Source: Azolla caroliniana (taxonomy: Eukaryota; Plantae; Polypodiophyta). Taken from it: a stretch of 64,000 nt of DNA. This document shows positions 1 to 9,339 of this stretch, piece after piece. Position 1 is the first letter of the stretch. Each line of letters starts with the position of its first letter. The translations under genes and the position numbers were made by a program. Location of the stretch: positions 6,324,001-6,388,000 of the forward strand of contig JBHGNT010000012.1 of NCBI GenBank assembly GCA_043228905.1, read 5' to 3'. The notes under the pieces were generated by a model. That model had not been told where the DNA came from. It saw only the letters and a program-made list of their open reading frames with translations, and did not search any database.

Positions 1-178
1 TACCAAATCTATTGAAAAATGAGAAAACAAATTTATTCTCAAGAATATACGTATATGTCACAACTGGAGAGAGAAAACATAGAGATTGCTAATTATTACA
101 TGAGGAGAAGGTTCCTCTTTATAAAGGGCCTAGATCTTGTCGTTGGGCTATAACTTTAATCATTCTCAACACTCCCCC

Positions 179-1000
179 TCAAGATGGGCAAAAGATATCC
201 ACGAAGCCCATCTTGTCACACAATCTAGAAAGACTTACTGGCCCAAGTCCCTTTCTAAGGCAATCTGCTACTTGACCTTCAGTAGAAACATGACTCAATT
301 TTAATATTCCATTGGCGATTTCGATGTGCTTGGTCCTATCATGTTGTACCGGATTGTTGGCAATGTTGATTGTTGACTTATTGTCACACCATAGCCTCAT
401 CTGATTTTCGTGATTCATCTTTAGTTCTACTCAAAGAGTTCTCAGCCACAACATCTCCGCAACTCCTATAGCAATAACTCTATATTCTACTTCTGTTGTT
501 GACCTTGCTACTACCGATTATTTCTTACTCTTCCAAGAGACCAAATTGTCACCAACAAACATGTAGATTCTTGATGTGGATTTCCTATCACCAGCACAAC
601 TAGCCCAATCATAATCACAATAGCGTTCAATGTTAAAATGACCATGTTTTCTAAAGATCAATCCCTTCCCTTGGGCACCTTTGAGATATCTCAAAATTTG
701 GTACACTACATCCATATGATCTTTCCTCAAATCATGCATGTAGCGACTTACCACACTTACTGCAAATGAAATATCTTGACGAGTGTGAGTCAAATAAATC
801 AGCCGACCTACCAATCTTCGATACCTTTCACCTACAAGTTCAGTTAACTTGATCTTTGGCTCAATTGGAGAAGCTACATGCCTACAACCCATTCCAATTT
901 TCGTGAGAAGATCTAATACATATTTTCTCTGAGATAGAACAACTCCTTTTGCCCCACAAGCTATCTTAATTCCATGAAAAGTATCGTAGTAAACCCACAT
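179..1000 (-). pseudogene. Copia RT C-terminus/RNase H, disrupted
   Basis: ORFs 518-1000 and 179-418 carry LSQRKYVLDLL, RLVGRLIYL, SWKSKK, HDRTKHIE; separated by a stop. Confidence 0.9.
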
Positions 1001-1073
1001 CCTTCACCTCAAACTCTTTACACAATTGCACCTTCAATTGGGCAATTTCTCCTTCATTGTTACTCGTGATAAT

Positions 1074-2302
1074 TGTTGAAGACAAGGTCGTCAATATGCG
1101 GATAACATATCAGCACTGTAATGTTAATAACATCAAGATTGCTATACATAAATAATATGAACAGAAGATTTCATAGACAACTTAGTAAGATCTAGAAGAT
1201 CAACAAAGAAACAGAGAGAGGTAGAGAGACAGAGACAGAGATCCCCAAGAAGCACACAAAACAGTAACTCTATTATTCAAAAAGATGTTACATAGAAAGA
1301 ATGGGGGCATAATCTTAACTAGGTTACAAAGTCAGTTATATAATAACTAAACTAGGGCAACTGCCCTTTGGTCTTATTACAAAGGTGTCCTAACCTAGAT
1401 TGTAAATGGGATAATGTGAATACGGCCACTAGAGAGAGAGGGAGAGATCCCCAAGAAGCACACTAAACAGTAACTCTAATATTCAAAAAGATGTTACACA
1501 GAAAGAATGGCAACATCATCTCAACTAGGTTACAAAGTCAGTTATATAATAACTAAACTAGGGCAATTGTCCTTTGGTCTTATTACTGTGAAAGTGTTTT
1601 TAGAATTCAAGGTATTGAAGTCTACAAGAATATAAGGTATGGTGCGTTCACATCCGGAGGGCAAGATCACGAGCTAAGGTCTTGAGGATAAGTCAAACAA
1701 AAAGCAAGACACGTGGAGAAAAGTAAAAGAAGAAAAAAGCGGGCCACCAAAACGCGGTCTGCAACGAACGCTCATAACTCATTCGTTTGGAAGCAAAATA
1801 TAATGTGCAAATATGGGTTGGAAAGCTTGTGAAGAGAGCTATCCATAGCTTTTTAAAGTTCTAAATTTAGAGCTTGGAAGAGGGAGATATGACGATTTGA
1901 AGATCATTGTGTCATAGATAAGAATAGGACTCAATGAAAACTCTAAAAAAAAACATAAAAAAGAAACCAAGGGAAGCTTATCCAGTGGAAGAGAACTTTA
2001 TATAAAGGAAGAAGAGTAAGGTGGTGTGAAAGAGTCTCTTTCTTGTGATGTTTTCTTGCCTATTCACATAGTGTTGGTTGAGTTGTTATCAATTTATCCT
2101 TGTAGACTTGGATTTATGTATCTTCTTTCTCTCTTCCTTCCATCATAATTATTCATTAGCAATAGATCTTTGTGGTTTTGGGTCTGTTTATCTTCCTTAT
2201 CTCTCCTTTCTATCATCTCTACCTCATCAATTACAAAGGTGTGCTAACCTAGATTGTAAATGGGATAATGTGAATATGGCCATTATGTACCCGTATTCGA
2301 CA
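1074..2302. mobile_element. Solo LTR inserted in the copia RT, with an internal duplication of about 200 bp and a nested solo LTR
   Basis: TGTTGAA...TTCGACA termini; perfect 5-bp TSD ATAAT (1069-1073 and 2303-2307); removing it restores YVDDIIIT. Unit 'atccccaagaagcac...gtgaatayggcca' occurs at about 1240-1430 and at 1447-1586 plus 2235-2283. Confidence 0.85.
1587..2229 (+). mobile_element. Solo LTR of the same family as the LTR at 45356
   Basis: TG...CA ends, TSD ATTAC (1582-1586 and 2230-2234); aligns with 45356-45903 (cgtggagaaaagtaaaa, gcgggccacca, aaatatgggttggaaagct). Confidence 0.85.
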
Positions 2303-3157
2303 ATAATTATATCATCCACATACATAGCAAGTAATGTAGTATGCTTCTTGTGTTGCTGGAAAAATAGTGTATGGTCCGCATTGATTTTGTTGGTATCCCA
2401 TACCCACCATAGCCCTTCTTAACCTGTCGAACTAGGCTAGAGGAGATTGATTCAATCCATAAAGTGACTTCCTTATTCTACAAACCTTGCATACTGTTTG
2501 AATTGTACCAAAACCTGGGGGGATATCCATGTACACTTTCTCCATCAACTCTCCATGAAGGAATGCATTTTTTACATCTAATTGATGTAATTTCTAACCT
2601 TATTCACTGCTAAGGAAATAAACATTTTAACAGTGCTCATTTTCTCTACAGGTGCAAAAGTCTCATCATAATCAATGCCATATGTTTGACTATATCCCTT
2701 AGCCACTAATTGTGCCTTATAACGATCTATTTTGCCCTTTGGGGCTTGTTTTATTGTAAACACCCATTTCCACCCAACAGCTTTCTATCCTAGTGGTAGT
2801 TACACAATCTCCCAAGTTTTGTTCTTCTTAAGAGCTCTGAGTTCTTCCTGCATAGTTGCTTTCCACTTTGGATCTTCTTTAGCAACCTGCCAACACTTGG
2901 GTAAAGTGACAAAGTCTAATGATGCAATGAATGCTCAATGTCTCATTCATATGTTAGAATAAGAGATAAACTAAGCAATATCATGAGGAAAACCATAACG
3001 AACATGATGGAGTGTTGCATTACTACGAGAGGTCCTCCTAACCACTACAGGAGGAGGGAAATCATATCATGATTTCTAGGTTTGGGAGTTCTATAGGTAT
3101 TTTAGAAGTCAAGGCAAGTCGGGACATGGGACTTGATGGCACAAGTGGCACTGCATA

Positions 3158-3640
3158 TAGCAATGGGCGCGGTTCGGTTCGGTTTCCTAGCCTTGAAACC
3201 AAACCAAACCATTTATTTATATTAAAAACCAAACCAAATTGTTTAAATTTTATGAAGCCATTTAAACCAAACCGTTTATGAAAATTTTAGAACTAAACCA
3301 AATCGGTTTATCATAAATCAAAACCAAACCAAATTTATAAACCGATAAACTTATAAACCTTTAAACCTTCAAATTTTCTAAACCTTTAAACCAAACCACA
3401 TAAGCTGAAACCGCTAAACCGTGAAATTCAAAACCAAACCAAACCGAAACCGATAAACCGATAAGCCACTAAACCTCTAAACCGCTAAACCATGAAATTC
3501 AAAACCGAACCGAACCGAAACCAAACCGGATCATAATATTTGAAACCAAACCAAACAGTTTATTTATCTTTGAGCCAATAAACTGTTAATCCATGGCTTA
3601 ACAGTTTGGTTTGGTTCGGTTCGGTTTGAGCCGAAACCAT
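3158..3640. mobile_element. AACCG/CGGTT-rich MITE-like (probably hAT-derived) element, right end lost at the gypsy insertion
   Basis: Begins TAGCAATGGGCGCGGTTCGG, similar to the TIR of 23508-23823; dense AAACCG/AAACCA subrepeats in both orientations. Confidence 0.6.
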
Positions 3641-4563
3641 TGTCGTGGAGAAACCCGGCCATAGGAGGAAACGGGAGAAAAGACGCAAGAACCGACCCTT
3701 ACGCGTGGCAACACTATTAATTAAGTTGTACATAACTAGGTCTGATTCAGCCGATGTAAATATACTAGGTAATGCGCATTAATTGTCTAGGGAATCCAAG
3801 AGTATCTCTGTCCGACGGGACAAAGGATAAATGCATGTAACGGGGGTGTAACGGTGTCGTAGTGTATTCCACACACTACGTGAAAACCATAAAATAATAT
3901 ATCCGATTTTAGATACATATAAATAAATAAATAATATATCAAAAGAATTTATCATGTGCATAGGGCAAGATTCAAACCATGCACCTCCGCGTAGATAAAC
4001 CCCAACTTTACCATTGTAATAACTTATCTTTAGTGTTATAAATATAGATTTAATATGTATAAGGCCTTTATTTACACATACCTTTATTAAAAGGTAAAAA
4101 TCATGTATTCTTTAGAGTGTGAATATTTTATTTACACGTGCCATTAAAAGTGACTCATGCACATCTAGCGTGCATGAGCCCTATATTTAGGAAATGACAA
4201 AGCATCACATGCACATTTAGTGTGCATGGACACTTTAGGTGAAAAAGGCATGAAGCCATGCTTAGCCTCTTCCATCTTTATATAAGGAGGAGAGAAATAT
4301 GTATAAGGTTGTTGATTAATATACAAGGTTGGATCAATCTAATATATTCGTGGGATTCACGAATTTTGCCATCTAATTGCTCTTATAATCTAAATATTGT
4401 TTTAATTACACTAAACTCGTGGGATTCACGAGATTGCTATCTTACTTCTCTTTCCACTATTCATAACTAGCCTTAAGTTGTATTCCTCTTCCTCCTAGTC
4501 AAAAACCTCGGCGGTTCCCACCCGACTCACGCAACGATCCGGAGCCGAAGGGCACGACACAGT

Positions 4564-4581
4564 TGGTGAACCCGACGTGAA
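4564..4581 (+). promoter_or_regulatory. Primer binding site complementary to the tRNA-Trp 3' end
   Basis: TGGTGAACCCGACGTGAA is the reverse complement of TTCACGTCGGGTTCACCA, the plant cytosolic tRNA-Trp 3' end as recalled; it starts after a 4-nt spacer following the LTR. Confidence 0.85.
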
Positions 4582-4598
4582 AACCGGGTGGCAAGGAG

Positions 4599-6101
4599 AT
4601 GGAAAATCAACCGGAGGCTAGCAACATGATGATGATGTTCGAGCGCATGCTACAAGAACAACGCGCGATGTCGGAGATAGCGGCATCAGTGGAGCGGCTC
4701 GTGCAACGAAACGGGCAATTCAACGGGAAAGACGTGTCGCGGTATCTTCGGGACTACAAGGCGGAGATGCTACGGTGCGGAATATCGGAAGGACTGCAAG
4801 TGACGTCCTTCAACCGGGTGGCGACCGACGGGCTTCAAGCAAGCATCCATGGGCTACGACAGCAAAATCCGACATGGGAGGCGTTTGAAGTAGAGCTAAA
4901 GAGGACGTTCGCCATCGAGGATTCCTCCAAGGCGACGCGAAGGGGATTCGAAGATTGGGTGGAGACGCCGGACAAGGGATTGAAGGTCGTTGATGTGTTT
5001 TCGGCATTCGAAAGCTGGTTCGGGAGGTTGTCCGCGAGAGATCAAGCTATCCTCGTACCGGACAAGGTAATCATGTTCTTGCGAGCCGTGGACGTCCGGG
5101 ACCGGAAAGATCTCGGAGTGCTCTTGGAGGACACGACCACGGAGAGCGGCCTCACCGAAACATGGGAAAGCGTGCGGGATATCGTCGCGCGATACACGAA
5201 GAGGGGGCAATGGCTTGCCGACGAGGAAAAGAGGGTTTCGGAACCGATTCCGAAACCGAGAACCGGATTGGAAGACCATCAACCGAGGGCTCGAGAGACT
5301 ACAACCGAGAAGGGGATTGATGCATCTACGGTGGAGCAACTATTGAAGGAGATGGAGAATCTGAAGATCGCGATGGTGAAGAAGTCGGATGACCGCCCCA
5401 CAAGCTCCAAGTATATGGACCGACGGTGCATATGGTGCGATAGCGCCGAACACGATCGGAGGGATTGCGACGAGCATAAGGAGGCGCTACGGCGGGATCT
5501 CATCTACTACGAGGGAAACCGGATTCATTCGATGGACTCTCGGAAGCCACTCCGACCGAACTTCCGAAAAGGCGGCATGAAGAAGGTGCTCGAGGAGGAA
5601 TTGGCGGCAAGAAGCAACTATGCGACAACCGCGGGAATATGTGTCGGGGAGTCATCGAGAGCAAAGACGTCTTTTTGGCCGGAAGTTCTAGAAAACACCG
5701 AGAAAACCGACTCCAACGAGATCCGAAGCACCGCGGAAGGCGTCCGGGAAGCTACGGGATGGGAGTGCCCTGTCGACAAGAATAGCATATACGTCCTGTG
5801 TCAATTGCATAAGGTGTATGTGGACGAGAAACGACGACGCACGGAGGATGCGGACGGGCCATCGAAGATACCGGAAAGCTGGAACTCTGGAGGTAAGGGA
5901 AAAGAAAAGGCGACTCCGGCATTCAAGCTTGCCTCGGACATAGAACAACAAACCGACTTGAAAAGAATGTTCGAGGAAAGAATCTTGGATAGCCGGGTAG
6001 ATTTCTCGCTTCGGGAGCTACTCGGAATAGCAAAGAAGGAGTTCCACGATCACGAAAGGAACAAGAGGGAACTCTTGTCACAAGTGAGAATGGATTTTTA
6101 A
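4599..6101 (+). CDS. Gypsy Gag (500 aa) with CCHC zinc knuckle; no aspartic protease motif visible
   Basis: FNGKDVSRYL N-terminal gag motif; CIWCDSAEHDRRDC knuckle; ends MDF* over GGATTTT. Confidence 0.8.
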   Translation: MENQPEASNMMMMFERMLQEQRAMSEIAASVERLVQRNGQFNGKDVSRYLRDYKAEMLRCGISEGLQVTSFNRVATDGLQASIHGLRQQNPTWEAFEVELKRTFAIEDSSKATRRGFEDWVETPDKGLKVVDVFSAFESWFGRLSARDQAILVPDKVIMFLRAVDVRDRKDLGVLLEDTTTESGLTETWESVRDIVARYTKRGQWLADEEKRVSEPIPKPRTGLEDHQPRARETTTEKGIDASTVEQLLKEMENLKIAMVKKSDDRPTSSKYMDRRCIWCDSAEHDRRDCDEHKEALRRDLIYYEGNRIHSMDSRKPLRPNFRKGGMKKVLEEELAARSNYATTAGICVGESSRAKTSFWPEVLENTEKTDSNEIRSTAEGVREATGWECPVDKNSIYVLCQLHKVYVDEKRRRTEDADGPSKIPESWNSGGKGKEKATPAFKLASDIEQQTDLKRMFEERILDSRVDFSLRELLGIAKKEFHDHERNKRELLSQVRMDF

Positions 6102-8341
6102 AGCGGACTGTTGCGGAGTGGGGAAGTGATAGTCCGAGAAGCCCTGATACCCCACATAGGAAGAAAACTCTCGGAGCAAAACATGTACAAATCGGTCCGG
6201 ATGGGGCATCTACGTACACGACCGTAACCGGAGGATTGAAGAAAGGATACCGACAAGTGGAGGATAAGTTGCGGTCGGCATCAATAATAAAAGAAGATGA
6301 AGAAATCGTGGGGATAGTCGAAGAAGTGTTCTATGGGAGCACGCTACAACGACTTGAAGAGCTTGCGGAAGATAAAAGCCAAGGGAACCGGGTAGTCCCG
6401 GTGGAATCGGTCGAGATGTACGATATCATTGCGAAAATGGAGCCGGATACGCTCCGCAAAGAAGAAGCAATGGTAAGTACGAAATACAAGACCGTGGAGA
6501 AGAAGGTGAAACTGGCCGCGGGACCACTACCCGCCGATAGCGAACAAAAGAGGAAAGAAGTCTCGGGAGACCCGACACTTCGGAAGACCGTGGATATCGG
6601 ACATGCCTTCACGGATGAGACCCGGAAGAAACTTCGGATCGGTGGAGGTGGGTTCCTATTACAAAAAGAAGAAAAACGGTTTCGCGAGATGTTGGAGCAA
6701 CACGGCAAAGCATTTGCATTTACATCAAGGGAGATAGGATGCGTCGATCCGAGAATAGTGGAGCCGATGATGATCTTCACAATTGACCATGTACCGTGGA
6801 ACCTGAAGCCAATTCCGGTACCACGAGCGCATATTCCAAAAGTCATTGACTTGCTCAAGGAGAAGGTAGCGATGGGGATTCTAGAGCCATCAACTGCTCC
6901 GTACTCAAATCGATGGTTTACGGTTCCGAAGAAGAATGGGTCACTCCGATTTATCCAAGACTTGCAACCGGTGAATAAGGTCACGATCCGGAACTCGGGA
7001 GTCGGTCCGATAGTGGACGAATTTGCGGAAGCTTTTGCCGGTCGTGTGATATACTCCATCGGAGACCTATACTCAGGGTATGACCAATTCCAACTAGCCG
7101 TGGAGAGCCGAGACATCACAACCATGCGAACACCGATAGGATTAGTCCGAATGTGCACATTACCACAAGGAGCGACAAACTCGGTTGCTCATATGATGAA
7201 CGCGATGAACAAGGTGCTTCGAGACTGCATTCCGGAGATAACGATGCCGTTCCTCGATGACATTCCGATGAAAGGATGCGCGGTAGAAGAAAAAGATGAG
7301 ACTATGGATGATCGGGGATGCCGAAAGTTCGTGGTCGACCATATTCATGATTGCGAGAAAGTGTTGCGAAAGCTAGAAGATGTGCACCTAACACTTTCCG
7401 GGGAGAAATCGGCATTCGGGCAAGAAGAAATATTGGTGGTCGGACATCTATGTGGGCCCTACGGCCGAAGACCGTCACCAACAAAGATCGATGCGATTCA
7501 AGCTATGGAGGAAGTATGCGAGTCAACATCCGAAGTCCGAAAGTTTCTCGGTGCATGTGCATTCTATCACATATGGATTCCGCACTATGCACATATAGCG
7601 GATCCGCTCTACCACTTGTTGCGGAAAGGTAAGAAATTCGAATGGAAACCGGAACACACCAAAGCCATGAAGAAATTGAAGAAGACACTTCGGAGGGCGG
7701 AAGCACTTAAGAAGCCGAGCTATGACCGACCGATCATAGTAACGGTTGATACAAGTCCAACCGGTATCGGGTGGGTCATCAATCAAGCCGACTCGGATGG
7801 TTCGCGGTATCCGATCCGATTCGGAGCAAAGGTTCTCAACGAAAGGCAACGTGGATATGCGCAAGTCAAAAGAGAACTGTGGGGAGTCGTGTCGGCGATA
7901 AAATCGGATCGGGATTATTTGATCGGAGCCGAAGTGGTGATCGAGACGGATTGTCTTCCGATACTCGGGATGATGCGGTGTTGTACGATACCGGATGTAG
8001 CTATGCTAAGGTGGGTTGCATATGTCAAGTCGCTTGATCCGGAGGTTCGACACATCTTGGGGAAGGACAACGCGGTAGCGGATATGTTATCAAGGGCTCG
8101 GTTCGGAGACGACATAACCGAATCGGATAATGAAGAAGTTTCCAAAGCCTACTTCGCGTCGGAGCACATATGCCGAGTAAACGTAATCCGAGAATTCCGG
8201 GAAGAAGAATACGAGGGAGAAAGCTTGATGATCGGAAAGATGTTACAAGAGGCCGAGGATTCAACAAACGATAAAGGAAGAAGAGCCGAGATCCGAAGGA
8301 AGAAGAGGCAAGTCCAAAGTTCTTCTTGGAAAACGGATTAA
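6092..8341 (+). CDS. Gypsy Pol RT-RNase H in the -1 frame relative to gag
   Basis: Frame is open from 6092; YSNRWFTVPKKNGSLRFIQDLQPVN, DLYSGYDQF, PQGATNS, PFLDDI, TVDTSPTGIG, RELWGV, NAVADMLSR. Confidence 0.85.
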   Translation, partial: GFLKRTVAEWGSDSPRSPDTPHRKKTLGAKHVQIGPDGASTYTTVTGGLKKGYRQVEDKLRSASIIKEDEEIVGIVEEVFYGSTLQRLEELAEDKSQGNRVVPVESVEMYDIIAKMEPDTLRKEEAMVSTKYKTVEKKVKLAAGPLPADSEQKRKEVSGDPTLRKTVDIGHAFTDETRKKLRIGGGGFLLQKEEKRFREMLEQHGKAFAFTSREIGCVDPRIVEPMMIFTIDHVPWNLKPIPVPRAHIPKVIDLLKEKVAMGILEPSTAPYSNRWFTVPKKNGSLRFIQDLQPVNKVTIRNSGVGPIVDEFAEAFAGRVIYSIGDLYSGYDQFQLAVESRDITTMRTPIGLVRMCTLPQGATNSVAHMMNAMNKVLRDCIPEITMPFLDDIPMKGCAVEEKDETMDDRGCRKFVVDHIHDCEKVLRKLEDVHLTLSGEKSAFGQEEILVVGHLCGPYGRRPSPTKIDAIQAMEEVCESTSEVRKFLGACAFYHIWIPHYAHIADPLYHLLRKGKKFEWKPEHTKAMKKLKKTLRRAEALKKPSYDRPIIVTVDTSPTGIGWVINQADSDGSRYPIRFGAKVLNERQRGYAQVKRELWGVVSAIKSDRDYLIGAEVVIETDCLPILGMMRCCTIPDVAMLRWVAYVKSLDPEVRHILGKDNAVADMLSRARFGDDITESDNEEVSKAYFASEHICRVNVIREFREEEYEGESLMIGKMLQEAEDSTNDKGRRAEIRRKKRQVQSSSWKTD

Positions 8342-9206
8342 TATGGAGGGCACCGAAAAGACCGGATGGTATACCACTTCGAGTAGTCGGGACAAAAGAG
8401 CAACAAGACCGGATAATGTCCGAGTTTCACGAATCCGATTGGGCTGGACACCGAGGAACATGGGCAACATTTGTGAAGATCAAGCAAAAATATTGGTGGA
8501 AGAAAATGTACAAAGATGTCGCGGAGTTCACGGAGAGCTGCGAGAAATGTCAAGTCTACTCCGGGGTTCGACATCGAGATGAGTTACATCCGACATTCTC
8601 ACCGACAATCAACTTCAACTGGATGGTTGACATAGTGGCCATGCCGACCGGGATCGGACAAAAGAAATACTTGGTATTAGCTCGGGAAGATCTCACGAAT
8701 CAAGTAGAAGGTCGAGCGCTATGCCAATTTCTTTTGGAGGAAGTATTTTGTAGGTACGGGTGCGTAGGACAAGTGATTGCGGACCGGGGAGAACTCGACT
8801 CGGACAAAGCTAGGGGATTCTTCGCCAAACACGGAGTTCGGTTATCGCTGACAGCGGCATACAATCCGGAGGCCAACGGGAAAATCGAACGAGGACATAG
8901 TCCGATCGTGAAAGCACTTGTGAAGGCATGCGATGGAAAGGTGAAGGACTGGCCACAGATGCTTCCGTATGCACTATGGGCGGATCGGACGACGCATAGC
9001 TCCATAACTAGTTACATGCCGGCAGAACTCATGACCGGACAAGCACCGGTAATGCCGACGGAAACCGCGATCGCAACATGGACAATGCTACCGTGGAAGG
9101 AAGAGATGAGCCGGGAAGAACTACTAGCGGTCCGGATACGACAACTAGAGGGAAGACCGGCAGACATAGCGGAAGCAATACGCCGACAACAAGAAGCACG
9201 ATTAAA
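8326..9206 (+). pseudogene. Gypsy integrase, frameshifted from RT-RH and truncated
   Basis: HHCC (FHESDWAGH...CEKC), WMVDIV, IADRGE, PEANGKIERGH; last 70 nt of the ORF-track ORF are host copia sequence. Confidence 0.85.
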
Positions 9207-9339
9207 TGTAATGTTAGCATATTCTATTCCATTATCAGACCTCAACATCTTTATTGTTGTGCCATATAGAGTTTGAGCAACTCTATGAAAATCTTTAAAA
9301 CAAGAAAATACTTCATTCATATCTTTCATCAAATATAAC

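Larger units (their letters stand above)
3641..9206 (+). mobile_element. Non-chromoviral Ty3/gypsy (Phygy/Selgy-like by inference), 3'-truncated; 5' LTR 3641-4559
   Basis: LTR TGTCGT...ACGACA; PBS at 4564-4581; gag, RT-RNaseH, integrase order; sequence switches abruptly to host copia integrase at about 9201; no 3' LTR. Confidence 0.9.

Noticed and set aside
6331-7158. 275-aa antisense ORF in gypsy pol
   Set aside because: Shadow ORF expected from GC-rich coding sequence; no recognisable motif.
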